Source: Nitrospiria bacterium (lineage in GTDB: Bacteria; Nitrospirota; Nitrospiria; JACQCE01). From it: a stretch of 64,000 nucleotides of DNA. The notes under the pieces are model-generated. The model searched no databases. It saw only the letters and a list, made by a program, of their open reading frames with translations, and had not been told where the DNA came from. Of the stretch, positions 11,701 through 17,960 are shown one piece after another. A program made the translations under genes and the position numbers. How positions within the stretch are numbered: position 1 is the first letter of the stretch; each line of letters begins with the position of its first letter. Location: positions 67,581 to 131,580 of the forward strand of contig DATIZH010000027.1 of assembly GCA_035517195.1 (NCBI GenBank), in the 5' to 3' direction.

Positions 11701-14700
11701 GACCACCCACAGGGCGCTGGTCACATCGGGGATCTCGCTCAGGCGGCCGAGCAGCACGTCCTGTGAAATGGGATTGGCGGCAAACTGCGCCTGCGCCAAC
11801 GGCGGCTGAACGGCGGCGAGCACGCTCACCTCGTCGATCAGCCCCTGGAAGTAACTGCCGGACGGCCGGGCGCCGATCATCAGGGCGTTCTTCGATCCGC
11901 AGCCGGTCATCGTGCCCGTATAGGTCACCGTCTGTTTCAGCGCGCCGTTGACGTAGAATTTCATCTGGCCCAGCGTGCCGTCGAACGTGACGGCGACGTG
12001 CTGCCACGCGTTGAGCGACAGCGACGTGCTGCCCTGCCAGCTCCAGCTGCAGCTCGTCCCCCTGGTCATGACGGCGGCTTGCAACACGCCCTTGTTGATC
12101 CCCATCTGATAGGCGCTTTCCTTGTTCACGATGATGGCGCTGGACGGGAAGGCCTGCGGATAGACCCAGGCCTCCATGGTCAGCGCGGAACCGCTGAGAT
12201 TGAGGGAGGCGGGATTGGCCGCCGTGGAGGCCGACCCGCCCGTAAACAGCACCCCATTTCCGACAATGCCGGGTTGCCCCGCCGTCGTCCCGTTGGCGGT
12301 GAGCGTCAGATTATTGCCGTTGCCGGAGCTGTCGAGCAGGGGGCCCGTCTCCTCGAGATGCCACTGACCCTTGAGGGCCGTCGTCGGTGGCAACACGGCC
12401 GGGGCCGACCAGCCGGCAATCGGCGTCCAGGTCCGCCATTGGGACACCGCCCCTTCGGCGTCGACAAAGAGAGTGCCGCCGAATCCCTGCCAGGCCAGAT
12501 CGAACGGCCGGGCCTGCGTCGCGTTGAGGGACGGCACCGCGCCGACCACCTGCGGGGCGGCGTTCCCGGTTGTGGCCCAGGCCGAGCCGTCCCAGATCGA
12601 GACGGACAGTTGACCGACGTTCGAGACGACGCCGGCCGCCATGCGATCCGTGGAATGATCGGCCGCCAGCCTCACCGTCCTCACGCCGCCGGCAGCGGCG
12701 GTCAGCCCGATCGGCAGTGACTGCGATGCGCCCCAGGTTGTGCCGTCCCATGTCCGGAAGTCGGGCGTGGACGAGCTCGAATCGGCCCAGACGATCACGG
12801 CCTGGCAGGCCGGCAAGCCCTTGGTGCAGGAATCCTCCGTATAGGCGCCGTCGAAGACCTGGGCCTGGATGCTGGAGCCATTCATCGTCAGGAGCTGCTC
12901 GTGGCCGAAGGTGTTGGTCACGCCATCCCAGACCAGGGCGTTGATGGCACCGGACGCGTCCTCATACAGCAGAACGATCTCATTGCTCCCGGGTCGGGGC
13001 ACCAGGCGCACCCAGAGGATGGGGCTCGTCGTATTCAGAGAGACGGTCGGGACGCTTTCCGCGCTCCACGCCGAGCCGTTCCAGACGCGGTAATGAGGCA
13101 GAGCCGAGCCGGTGAGCCCGTAGACCGCCAGCGCCTCGCCGGACAGTCCCTCGTAGGCGATGTCCACGCTGCGGGGCGAGGGAATGGCGCCGATGGGTCC
13201 GGTGGAGGTCGTCGCCGTCAGCGGGGGGCCCCACGCAGCGCCGTTCCAGACGAGCAGGCTCAACGCTCTGTTGACATCGATCACTCCCAGCGTTTTCTCG
13301 GGCGAGATCGGGCTGGCCCGCAGCACCGTCCAGCGCGGCTCGCCGGAGTTCGCGCCCACGCCCGCCTCAGCCGTCCAAGACCCGTTGGCCTGCAACAGCC
13401 GGTATTTGGGTTCGGACGAGCCGGACACGCCGTAGGCCACCATCGGCGTGGCGACAAGCGAGCCGACGTAGAAATTGGCCGGCAAGCTCGCCCCGCCGTC
13501 CGGGTTGGTCACGATCATCTGCCGGTAGCCGATGGGCGTGCCGGTGGGAATGGAGATCGTGCAATCGATCTCGGTGGTGGGCGTGGTCCCGTTGTTGGCG
13601 CAGGAGCCGGCCCCGGTAATATTCGGATCGTTGACCCACGCGCTGCCGTTATAGGCCAGGATCGCCACTGTCGCCCCGCTCTGGAAGTTGGCACCGGTCA
13701 ACGTGAGCGACAGGGTGGTCGTGCCGGGCAGCGCGCTGGTCGGAGCGACGGACGCCACGACGGGCAGATCGAGCGTAAATTGCCAGTTGGCGTTGTTGGC
13801 ACAGGAATCGGAGGCGGGATCGATCACGGAGTTGACCGCCGTGATCACCTGGCCGCCCCCCGTGACAATCGCCGTCGAGTCGGTCACATTGACATAATCG
13901 ACCGCCTGTGATCCGGTGACTTTGAGAAACCAGGTCTGTGACGGCGCCGTACTCCTGAAAAAAATGCGCGTGGACGCCGACTGTCCGTTCCAGTTGACGT
14001 TGCCAACGTTGTAGGTCGCCCCGGCCAGGTATTGCACCCTCACGTGGCCGGTGATGATGGTATAGTTGCCCGTCACGTCGGCGGGCGACGCGAAGATGAC
14101 CCCGGGCGTGAACGACACGTTGCAGCCCGGATCGTCGGCGCCCGACGCGTTCGTAATGGTCAGGTTGTCAAAGGCCGCCGGCCCTGTCATCGCGCCGGTC
14201 AGGGTTTGGAGCGCGGTCCCATTGAGAATGACCGTGCCCGTCCCCGCGGTGAAGGCGCCGTTGTTGACCCAGCCGCCGCCGACGCTCACGCTGCCGGACC
14301 CGCCGTCGAGCGTGGTGGACGCCGCCACCGACACAGTGCCGCTGATCGTGTGCGCGGCCGGGCCCAGTCCGAAGGTCCCGCCGGTCAGGCTCAACGATCC
14401 CACCGTCATTGCGCCGGACAACTGTACCGCGCCGGCGCCGGCTTTCGTCACGGCGAAGGCTCCGGTGATCGTATTGGAGAAGGCGACGGAGCCGCCGGCC
14501 GCCGCCTGGAGGATGACATCCTTGTTCAACGAGACCGCGCCGGAGAAGGTCGAGGGATCGGCCGTGTTGCCGCCAATGGCCGCGGTCCCGCTGTTGCCCG
14601 CACGCACGGTGATCGGCCGCCCGATTGTGTAGGCGCCGTTGGTCAGCAGCGCGACGTTGGCATTGCCGGCCGCCGTATCACCGACCAGGATTGCTCCGCC

Positions 14701-17700
14701 TGCCGAATTGCCCAACGCGCCATTTCCACTCGAAGGCGCGGCGGCGGCAACGAGCAGGTTCCCCGCCAGCATCGATGTGGCGCCAGCGTAGCTGTTGCCC
14801 GCATTCGACAACGTCACCGTGCCGGCGCCGACTTTGGTCAGCCCTCCGGCCCCGGTCATGACGCCGCTGAGCGTCATGTCGCCCGCCCCACCCGCCGCAG
14901 CGGTGGAGGCCAGCGTGACCGGTCCGCTGTACGTCGCCGCCGTGCCGCTGCCGTTGACGAGCGCGCCGTTGGCGCCCACCCCCGCCCCGTTGAGCGTCAA
15001 GGGCTCGGCCGTCGCCAGCGTCATGCCATTCAGATCCAGCGTCGCGCCGCTGCTCACGACGGTGCCTCCGGCCGTCGTTCCAAGCGGGCTGTTCGGCGGG
15101 CTGCCCGCGGCCCCCAGTTTCAGGGTGCCGGCGCCGACCGTCGTCATGCCGGTGTAGCTGTTGTTGCCGTTCGACAGTGTCAGAGCATTGGCGCCGACTT
15201 TGGTCAGGTTAAAGGCGCCGCCGATCACTCCGGCGACGGTGAGATCCCCCGATCCCCCGAGTGAGCTGTTGCTGCCCAGCGTGACCGGTCCGCCGTAGGT
15301 CGCCGCCGTGCCGCTGCCGTTGACGAGCGCGCCGTTGGCCCCCACCCCCGTCCCGTTGAGCGTCAAGGGCTCGGCCGTCGACAGAGTAACTCCATTCGCA
15401 TCCAACGTCGCGCCGCCGGCCACGGTCGTGTTGCCGGTAATCGTGCCCAGCGGTCCGTCGGTTCCATCCCCCGCCGCACCCAGTTGCAGGGTCCCCTGGT
15501 TGATTGACGTCGCCCCGCTGTAGGTATTGTTCCCCGCCAGCGTCCACGTTCCAGTCCCCGTCTTGGTCACCGTGCCAGTCGTCGTCCCGATCACGCCGCC
15601 GACCACGCCGCCGCCCGCGCCGCCGAGCGTCAGATCCATTCCAGCGCCAGTGATCCCGCCGCCGAGCGTCAGGCTGCCCGCGGACGAGCCGATTGTGCTC
15701 GGAATGGCCAGGACAATCGGCCCGGCAAAGCTGTTCGTCCCACTGCTGTTATTGATGGCTCCCGCGGTGCCCGCCGCCCCCGCCCCATTGATCGTGACGG
15801 TTTCGGCCGTGCTGTAGGTGATCCCTCCGGAAAAACTCAATGAGGCTCCGCTGCTGACCGTCGTGGCGCCAAGATTAGAGCCGAGCGCGTTGTTTGCCGC
15901 AGCGGTCAGAATGCCCTGACTGATCAGCGTGGCGCCCGAGTAGCCGTTGTTTCCCGCCACCGTCCACGTCCCCGTGCCTTGCTTGACCAGCGCGACCGTG
16001 CCGCTGCCGTCGCTGATGACCCCCGAGAACGTCGTTGAGCCGTTATTCCCGCCGGTGGTCAGGGTGATCGCCCCCGCCGCGCCGCTCGTCACGGCGCCGC
16101 CCGCCGGGCTGCCGTCCCCCAACGAGCCGATCGTCTCCGTCCGGCCGTTCAGATCCAGCACACCGGAGCTCGCGATCGTCACCGCCGCCGCGTCCGCAAT
16201 CTGATTGGCATTAATCAGCTTGACCGTGTCGCTCCCCGTCCCATCCCCGATCACCAAGGCGCCGGGGACCGCATTGAGCCCCGCCGTCTTGCTCAGGTCC
16301 AGCTCCCCCCCATTGACCGTCGTGGTCCCGCTATAGGTGTTGGCGGCCGTGCCCGCCAGCGTCAGCGTTCCCACCCCGTTCTTGGTCAGCCCCCCCGCGC
16401 CGCTGATCACGCCGGCCAGGCTCACTGTCTGCCCGTTCGTGTCGATGACCCCCGTGGCCGTCAGGGTCACCCCCCGGGCGGCCGGCGACGTGATCGTGCC
16501 GGCGGCCTGCAACGTCCCGCCGGTAAAGATCAGGGTGTTCGAGGCGGTGCCGCTGCCCAGGGCGCTCGAGCTGTTCGCACTGAGCGTGCCCGCGCTGATC
16601 GTCGTCGTCCCGCTGTACGTGTTGACCGCCGTCAGGCTCAGCGTTCCCGTCCCCTGCTTGATGATCTTCCCGCCCCCGCTGATCACTCCGGAATAGGTGG
16701 TGCTGGTCGCATCACCAACGGTCAGCGTGTTCGCTACCAGTGTGACATTGCCCCCCGTCGCCCCGCCGCCTGACAGCGAGCTGATCGTCTGATTGGCCGT
16801 CAGATTGAGCGCCGCGCCCGCAACATTGGCCATGATCACCGCGCTGCTGCTGGCGATTGCATTGGCCACCCCCAAACGCAGCGTTCCCGCGTTAACCATC
16901 GTCGTTCCAGTGTAAGAGTTCACGCCAGTCAACACTTCTATCGCCGTGGCCGCACCCTTTTTGACCAATCCGCCCGTCCCGCTGATGATCCCGGCATAGG
17001 TGGCGGTGCCCGCTACCACGCCGCCCAGGGTGAGCGTGCCCGCGCCTAAGGAAATGTTCCCCCCGTTTACTCCGCCTCCCGTGAGCGAGCCGATTGTCTC
17101 CGACGTGCCGTTCAAGTCCAGCAGGACGCCCGCCGTGTTGGCCAATGAGACCGTCGCCGTGTCGGTGATCGCATTGCCGCCGGCCAGTCGCAGCGTCCCC
17201 CCGCTGATCGTCGTGGTTCCCGTATAGCTGTTGGTGCCCGACAAAATCAGGATGCCGTTGCCGGCTTTGATGAGATTGCGGGCGCCGCCAGCCTCGCTGA
17301 TTGTTCCGCTGATCGTCAGCGTCTCCGCCGCATTGGTGACGGTGACCGTGCGGTTTGCCGACAAGGTAATCGGAAGGTTGATGGTATTCGATCCCGAGGC
17401 GGTGCTGTCCGTCAGATTACCGCCGAGGGTGACGGCGTTGCCGGATAGCGTATAGCCACTGCCCGAAATGGTGATGATGAACGTCGCGCCCGCAATATCG
17501 TTATTATTGGACAGTTGGGCCGCCCCGCCTGGGAAGACCACGGTGTCGCCGGACACCGGCGCTGTCCCTCCCCAGTTGGCGGCGGTCGACCAATTGTTAT
17601 CCGTTCCGCCGCCGGTCCACGTCCGTGTCGCCGCCCATCCATCGCCGGCCGAACTCAGCAGCAGCGCCAGCACCACGGCTCCGATGAACAGGAAGGGATT

Positions 17701-17787
17701 CCATATCCGAGGGAAACAGACGAAAGAGGAAATGGAGAAAACGCGCTGATTCAAAAATGGAAATGACGATTCCGTCTGTGCAAGCAT
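1..17787 (-). CDS. Giant secreted surface / adhesin-like protein, >5,929 aa; the C-terminus lies beyond the left window edge
   Basis: All 23 minus-strand track ORFs between 1 and 17,700 have end coordinates of 1 or 2 mod 3. None is in the 0 mod 3 frame, and an ORF with no stop in the window would not be listed. Manual translation in that frame stays open at every checkpoint. At 17,700-17,590 it reads FLFIGAVVLALLLSSAGDGWAATRTWTGGGTDNNWSTAANWGG. At about 16,000 it reads FSGVISDGSGTVALVKQGTGTWTVAGNNGY. At about 10,060 it reads VALWHLDENGQTSAADSSGNGNTG. At 240-1 it reads NGNGLGCGPSLGFNITTGSGC...GGGYGGAGGKG...MMLGSGGGTNP. I chose the in-frame ATG at 17,787. Alternatives are ATG 17,850 and TTG 17,754, which would give MNQRVFSISS... 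The frame is closed upstream by TAG at 18,013-18,015. The N-terminus is a long, extended signal peptide. Confidence 0.85.
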   Translation of the reverse strand, partial: MLAQTESSFPFLNQRVFSISSFVCFPRIWNPFLFIGAVVLALLLSSAGDGWAATRTWTGGGTDNNWSTAANWGGTAPVSGDTVVFPGGAAQLSNNNDIAGATFIITISGSGYTLSGNAVTLGGNLTDSTASGSNTINLPITLSANRTVTVTNAAETLTISGTISEAGGARNLIKAGNGILILSGTNSYTGTTTISGGTLRLAGGNAITDTATVSLANTAGVLLDLNGTSETIGSLTGGGVNGGNISLGAGTLTLGGVVAGTATYAGIISGTGGLVKKGAATAIEVLTGVNSYTGTTMVNAGTLRLGVANAIASSSAVIMANVAGAALNLTANQTISSLSGGGATGGNVTLVANTLTVGDATSTTYSGVISGGGKIIKQGTGTLSLTAVNTYSGTTTISAGTLSANSSSALGSGTASNTLIFTGGTLQAAGTITSPAARGVTLTATGVIDTNGQTVSLAGVISGAGGLTKNGVGTLTLAGTAANTYSGTTTVNGGELDLSKTAGLNAVPGALVIGDGTGSDTVKLINANQIADAAAVTIASSGVLDLNGRTETIGSLGDGSPAGGAVTSGAAGAITLTTGGNNGSTTFSGVISDGSGTVALVKQGTGTWTVAGNNGYSGATLISQGILTAAANNALGSNLGATTVSSGASLSFSGGITYSTAETVTINGAGAAGTAGAINNSSGTNSFAGPIVLAIPSTIGSSAGSLTLGGGITGAGMDLTLGGAGGGVVGGVIGTTTGTVTKTGTGTWTLAGNNTYSGATSINQGTLQLGAAGDGTDGPLGTITGNTTVAGGATLDANGVTLSTAEPLTLNGTGVGANGALVNGSGTAATYGGPVTLGSNSSLGGSGDLTVAGVIGGAFNLTKVGANALTLSNGNNSYTGMTTVGAGTLKLGAAGSPPNSPLGTTAGGTVVSSGATLDLNGMTLATAEPLTLNGAGVGANGALVNGSGTAATYSGPVTLASTAAAGGAGDMTLSGVMTGAGGLTKVGAGTVTLSNAGNSYAGATSMLAGNLLVAAAAPSSGNGALGNSAGGAILVGDTAAGNANVALLTNGAYTIGRPITVRAGNSGTAAIGGNTADPSTFSGAVSLNKDVILQAAAGGSVAFSNTITGAFAVTKAGAGAVQLSGAMTVGSLSLTGGTFGLGPAAHTISGTVSVAASTTLDGGSGSVSVGGGWVNNGAFTAGTGTVILNGTALQTLTGAMTGPAAFDNLTITNASGADDPGCNVSFTPGVIFASPADVTGNYTIITGHVRVQYLAGATYNVGNVNWNGQSASTRIFFRSTAPSQTWFLKVTGSQAVDYVNVTDSTAIVTGGGQVITAVNSVIDPASDSCANNANWQFTLDLPVVASVAPTSALPGTTTLSLTLTGANFQSGATVAILAYNGSAWVNDPNITGAGSCANNGTTPTTEIDCTISIPTGTPIGYRQMIVTNPDGGASLPANFYVGSLVATPMVAYGVSGSSEPKYRLLQANGSWTAEAGVGANSGEPRWTVLRASPISPEKTLGVIDVNRALSLLVWNGAAWGPPLTATTSTGPIGAIPSPRSVDIAYEGLSGEALAVYGLTGSALPHYRVWNGSAWSAESVPTVSLNTTSPILWVRLVPRPGSNEIVLLYEDASGAINALVWDGVTNTFGHEQLLTMNGSSIQAQVFDGAYTEDSCTKGLPACQAVIVWADSSSSTPDFRTWDGTTWGASQSLPIGLTAAAGGVRTVRLAADHSTDRMAAGVVSNVGQLSVSIWDGSAWATTGNAAPQVVGAVPSLNATQARPFDLAWQGFGGTLFVDAEGAVSQWRTWTPIAGWSAPAVLPPTTALKGQWHLEETGPLLDSSGNGNNLTLTANGTTAGQPGIVGNGVLFTGGSASTAANPASLNLSGSALTMEAWVYPQAFPSSAIIVNKESAYQMGINKGVLQAAVMTRGTSCSWSWQGSTSLSLNAWQHVAVTFDGTLGQMKFYVNGALKQTVTYTGTMTGCGSKNALMIGARPSGSYFQGLIDEVSVLAAVQPPLAQAQFAANPISQDVLLGRLSEIPDVTSALWVVNGWQPLVTLTGSASGAQTIPLSATLYPASFSMVYDQHLQPPPLSLSSVTPGVGYQTASDLPLVMTGTHFVCPGDVYPCAVSSNSTQVQFLIGFAPDPTVAVTSGTVDSLNQMTVHIAIDPASPPGSRNIQLTNPGNQSYVTPVSLFQVSQSPTVTSTTCPSGGAPPCHLGQGALNQDVFINGAGFDNTSVVTFTGGSNITLNTTTLISSSQLKVNLTLSAGGSPATAGTWDVTVTDGGGQIDSGASGDGAFIVDNGPVVSGVSPGTGGPGTFSMTVNGSNFQNGATLAFSGSGMTASGCTYAGVPASFTCTVTIDPSAEVGYRSATVTNPNPPGGNAGVGTTSSVFGVTGTPTVTSTTSAAAPSCAIASPTVCQLGQGATNYQVTVNGTNFSNVAPGPAVTFINAGSPGSVTATSVVYVNSTRLVATVTVAANASAGPWDVMVTNSGGLNGSGTGLLQVTPKPTITSISPPSLQAGSGGLLVDVYGANFELSTPVYNLLTLGGFTLSDPTQITAGPSTVGLIPYGGVPLAPDSSTVALWHLDENGQTSAADSSGNGNTGVYGIGLPDPADIASGTGTFMTGGVAATESQTQRVVKLPSGAYRLYYAQQSNGAYWALYYKDTIDTNPPNASNVPAGSGTFLNSGTAANDQASAAEIVPLPSGAYRLYYSRYTTFWALYYKDTTDTNPPSATNIPAGAGTSLNTGSGAADQAFVPRIVQLPGGNYRLYYGRYNGTYWSLYYKDTSDTNPPGSANIGAGVGIFLNSGTANNDQATGPDVVPNPNGSYRLYYSRNNGTYNALYYKDTSDTNPPNASNIPTGPGTFLNTGTAAASQALYPYSDQLPGGAYRLYFGNNSSGFYGLYYKDTVDVPSQTTAAHVGTAALSFDGVADDLNTADAPFDFDRTAPFTLEAWILTSSTGGRIFSKMSNASPYTGYELYVDGSGVLHAALISTWTTNVAEVLGSVVVNDGLWHHVAVTYDGSSTAGGLKLYVDGTLDPSITILKNTLSASILNNVNLHLGSRNGQAYYFNGLIDEAAVSDTALNASTILSQYNQTLGAYSATTETATSPAQPANGVTSWTSLQVTAAGSNCSGCTAYVRYATSMDGTDPIGSLPAAGAPCTTGPLTDAVNCYPITGAGLTSIDLSQVQVSGVLTNNLIRVRIDLQGDGALGKSVTVTGLNLSTVSPTGPVVGFSGAGIAPNPVTTTFIDATHVQMTVDVASTAPVGSRTMTLTNSDGGSAAFTFQVDPPSPNDDAQQITGTGAVSLFNATAVFGSTSSDSNYIGYRIAQVNVPQGATIQHAYLKVYLSSLSTVASATYQLHGQNADTAAPFAATANNISGRITCAGCATTSVVSSPIYLLANGYRVFDVTSIVQEIVNRPGWASGNAIAFIFHAPGFPTVGTFSMAESANPPGFDLLFNNVGYGPFNPTHSGTGDFTNPDNGWTSDNLYATASGMPHSQIYDSFTIPDMTAKAIAGILVQVEAKSNSNAVRSEATVALSWDGGTSWTADKRAFQLDGTDRVFSYGGADGWGHTFLPSELNGTCGGSGSCFKVRITKNYGSTSIAYTMSLDAVSVNVFTTANLSETQSAYRWFSNVDNPPPATVGPLLLTASGAPAAQNGPAVAPAINTPFRLRLLLTVGGSTLPVSGQSFKLQVAQQGSDNSCDTGFVGESYADVTSVSGKIRFYSNSNLSDGDPVASDPNDPTNGSNVLENYLQSNTYFSNNQAAIPAGSDGLWDAALVVDSSAPAGSTYCFRVVNADGSLLPFYTQIPQITTTPALTQAAYRWFANTNGTNVSTPLGPQDTAGVSSPRQGTPFRLRLLLYVSGGPLAISGQSFKLQIAQQGADASCDAGFVGETYTDVSTTTGAIRFVGNPGPADGDPVTPNSGIDPQDPPPPATANPTVAENYLESNADFNNSQAAIPAGEDGLWDVVLEDVSSVPGTTYCFRVVKSDGRPLDSYNILPSITTTGVKFTALIDDNAAQRSASPYAVTTTAATAVFGTGAANNTYIGYRRTNVTVPQAATIQHAYLKVYLSAINATTTTLQLNGEASDNSAPFAATNGDLCNDPVTPNCTNRPWTTASVSQAVNDLSNNYYYFDVTAIVQEIVNRPGWATGNAMDFMIHGPTLGNVATFNFKTSTFPAELSIIYNDSADAVRSPTVSVAGGYTNPNNAFASDDAYATTTNSTNAHEDYGSFNFSGLTNQVIDGILVQAEAHVSSTAALAQYTVQLSWDGGTSWTTAKAAFQQDTTDRVESYGGADGWSHAFVPTELTGTCGVVSCFQVRIQNSFASGTNDAFVDHVTAQVFYHTPGGAGPDAVSYTNVTESALNNLGGRTGQQIRVIGANFGSVTLGSGNGANCAGGAGTGCIQIGGDTIPDDGSITTWTSDTIVFTIPSGISVYGTALTVVSSGAADGSPLNFKVYPQITSLCITSLCPATTTGAMEGDSLTINGFRFGSAQGSQGVYFNDGTANRAAAVTSWSDTAITVTVPSEILDTVNSVTLYVYQGTGGDNSLFAQSPGFDILPQITSITTYNGSGPPVQNAAREYAATDADGIIVLSGDHFGASGTVTILGSTATQSAQSPTCSPAYQSTCIRLQVPTGIPNDLYAGNIIVTRAGGDIAAFSGFRILPRIVSLTPNAGPSGSSVTVTGDHLCEPNPPFDCTVAANWNTPDDGNDLLWGVGNDGTVTSITVPPSGSNNNYQIVVTAPSLAAGSYPVFVRSANFDSNSLPFSAQSPTTTLGDGTDPASYTVGPCPSPCSTFQMLDQFTFATVPTTSKVTSLTVTTTNSAAIASMKITDNAMVTQYFTTLTAPDSGSANTWTFSGGTPIPPTTTPAAFRVLVTINPDSALTSTFGNDLIPVTGSVTTYASTSDFPSPGSPDVQAGADAAGTTVTVDNLAPADAVWGTITPGDGQVVLNWTNPADADFSQAVIVRDTASLSGKSLADGSTYTAGQHPFGGTDTVVYVNNGTTFTDSGLTNGTGYYYKIFSKDAYGNYAAGVQTSQQIPGAKQITCTGGGPLASIASDFTLSADTTCSGDLTIAGGAILTLNGDPSVTTSGQPSITLTVTGTLHLTGTDTGPPSQIVLNPANTFGHIVATDFTIDPGGVVHANGLGCGSSQSFNVASGFGCADKGTGTTAGYGEGADFSSSSGGGGGGGYGGAGGQGGSPTAGAGGPGGFVYGDNNLTTIMLGSGGGNNATYSPTALGGAGGGAVEIDTTGTLTINGTISANGANGAQGTGTPSLGPIYNGGGGSGGSVEMNVHNIAGQGQVQANGGNGGAADTVTDPLFGDNYGGGGGGGRVLINIDFSGTNSFIGAVEALGGASGGNGTNHHPGLPGAVGSVTVNGPAGACSFTFPSTSVISRDLTCAGDLTISNGATVVLNGDPAVTDPAAPSRTLIVNGDVKVCDDTANPPDCTVTKGLGTKFVINSANTFVRIIVGGNVTVGPGAVMSADGGGFGATQGPGAGVSTTTGNFSGGGGGGYGGTGGDRNLQPGGGGPAYGDPELSTAYPGSGGGNSLDPVRGTALGGSGGGAVDLCLGTFTTGCAGSGVLTLNGTLSANGLQGNKNTSSGYGGGGSGGGLKITAGTLTGNGLLQANGGSGGAPYTGKFLVGFGGGGAGGRIYVQTGSLSFPTAVDNLQSWGGLSNSSPLYQGFPGLAGSVLLVAGASPPTVIVSGGGTLDDVLDGSNDGTQTYAALTVLGAAGSDGRTFGTWTVSTNLHVAGAFNAGAGLIINGTMTADDAVTVTGGLTSINGPLIAPTSLVNVAGSGNPSLRINGDVDSIVSSLTVGNGTAGSGAVLLAAAGTTPGHVYSHLTAATSVTINAGGSINGNGLGCGPSLGFNITTGSGCTSSTTDGPGQGADCSSYCGASGGGYGGAGGKGTAASGGLSYGSATLTPMMLGSGGGTNP
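2725..3045 (-). other. Fibronectin-III-like domain (giant protein)
   Basis: Translation reads GDGQVVLNWTNPADADFSQAVIVRDT...VVYVNNGTTFTDSGLTNGTGYYYKIFSKDAYGNY, verified at 2,740-2,840. Confidence 0.6.
3540..4790 (-). repeat. Four IPT/TIG-like domains (giant protein)
   Basis: Verified translation at 4,380-4,740 reads GQQIRVIGANFGSVTLGSG...TWTSDTIVFTIPSGISVYGTALTVVSS...FKVYPQITSL. Three further units follow, each ending in (Y/L)P(Q/R)I(T/V)S(L/I). Confidence 0.65.
4800..7910 (-). repeat. Nested internal duplication A1-B1-B2-A2 in the giant gene
   Basis: A1 spans 6,975-7,910 and A2 spans 4,800-5,750. They share ...IQHAYLKVYLS..., FDVT(S/A)IVQEIVNRPGWA(S/T)GNA..., LSWDGGTSWT... and YGGADGW(G/S)H(T/A)F(L/V)P(S/T)EL(N/T)GTCG. 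DNA identity blocks sit about 2.18 kb apart. B1 spans 6,385-6,955 and B2 spans 5,815-6,375. They share AYRWF(S/A)N...PFRLRLLL...SGQSFKLQ(V/I)AQQG...CD(T/A)GFVGE...ENYL(Q/E)SN...NNxQAAIPAGxDGLWD...STYCFRVV. Confidence 0.8.
8600..10100 (-). other. LamG_3 domain no. 2, interrupted by a tandem-repeat insert (giant protein)
   Basis: The LamG head motif WHLDENGQTSAADSSGNGNTG lies at about 10,020-10,085. The LamG body lies at about 8,600-9,090 and reads AALSFDGVADDL...FTLEAWILTS...WHHVAVTYDG...LKLYVDG...YYFNGLIDEAAVS. The two parts are separated by the 9,100-9,960 repeats. Confidence 0.65.
9100..9960 (-). repeat. Five in-frame tandem repeats of about 183 nt (61 aa) inside the giant gene
   Basis: Five copies of (A/S/G)LYYKDT lie at about 9,113, 9,296, 9,478, 9,661 and 9,841, a period of 180-183 nt. 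The unit is LP(S/G)G(A/N/S)YRLYY-x7-9-(Y/F)(W/N/Y)(A/S/G)LYYKDTxDTNPPxAxNxPxGxGTxLNxG. Similarity is obvious at the DNA level, for example tagagccggtaggcgccgc. Confidence 0.85.
10250..11700 (-). repeat. About five IPT/TIG-like Ig-fold domains (giant protein)
   Basis: Units of about 95 aa recur, each starting P-T-(V/I)-T-S. An example is LNTTTLISSSQLKVNLTLSAGGSPATAGTWDVTVTDGGGQ, verified at 10,980-11,100. Confidence 0.6.
11760..12390 (-). other. LamG_3 / concanavalin-A-like lectin domain no. 1 (giant protein)
   Basis: ALKGQWHLEETGPLLDSSGNGNNLTL was verified at 12,300-12,375. It is followed by ...LTMEAWVYP...WQHVAVTFDG...KFYVNG...YFQGLIDEVSV, the canonical LamG_3 signature. Confidence 0.7.
12400..13480 (-). 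repeat. 6-7 beta-propeller-like blades with a W-(N/D)-G-x-x-W signature (giant protein)
   Basis: Translation gives the recurring motifs YRLLQANGSW, LLVWNGAAWG, HYRVWNGSAWS, ALVWDGVTNTFG, FRTWDGTTWG, VSIWDGSAWA and QWRTWTPIAGWS, spaced about 45-55 aa apart. Confidence 0.5.
14300..17625 (-). repeat. Long tract of autotransporter-associated beta-strand (PATR-type) repeats within the giant protein
   Basis: Translated sequence iterates units of about 30 aa of the form G-x-G-x-L-x-K-x-G-x-G-T-L-T-L-x-G-x-N-x-Y-(S/T)-G-x-T-x-(I/V). Examples are LIKAGNGILILSGTNSYTGTTTISGGTLRL and LVKQGTGTWTVAGNNGYSGATLISQG. The tract starts with the typical WTGGGTDNNWSTAANW lead-in. Confidence 0.8.
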
Positions 17788-17890
17788 AGACCTGCCGCGC
17801 AGCGGTGAACGTTGCCCGGGGCGCTCACTCTGTCCGGGGAGCTTCCTCATCGGACTGGTTGTCCAGTCGGTCTTGCGGGAATCGGGGGCT

Positions 17891-17919
17891 ATTGTACGAA
17901 ATTCAGGCCTTTTTTCCAA
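17891..17919 (-). promoter_or_regulatory. Proximal sigma70-like promoter of the giant gene
   Basis: The minus strand reads TTGGAA (17,919-17,914), a 17-nt spacer, then TACAAT (17,896-17,891). It sits in a locally AT-rich stretch about 100 nt upstream of the ATG at 17,787. Confidence 0.5.
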
Positions 17920-17920
17920 C

Positions 17921-17960
17921 AAAAAAACCCATACCATTCCCCCGGGGGGACTGGTACAGG
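17921..17960 (-). terminator. Rho-independent terminator / attenuator upstream of the giant gene
   Basis: The minus-strand RNA reads CCUGUACCAGUCCCC-loop-GGGGAAUGGUAUGGG. That gives a stem of about 15 bp with one mismatch and two G-U pairs. It is followed immediately by UUUUUUU (plus-strand A7 at 17,921-17,927). Confidence 0.7.

Noticed and set aside
286-17766. Dozens of plus-strand and off-frame minus-strand track ORFs across the first 17.7 kb, including 14,032-15,264 (410 aa), 12,901-13,911 (336 aa), 1,249-2,226 (325 aa) and 10,253-11,227 minus (324 aa).
   Set aside because: They are Arg/Gly/Ala/Pro-rich shadow frames of a high-GC gene with no domain-like sequence. The third minus frame carries a continuous, motif-rich protein that explains the whole interval.
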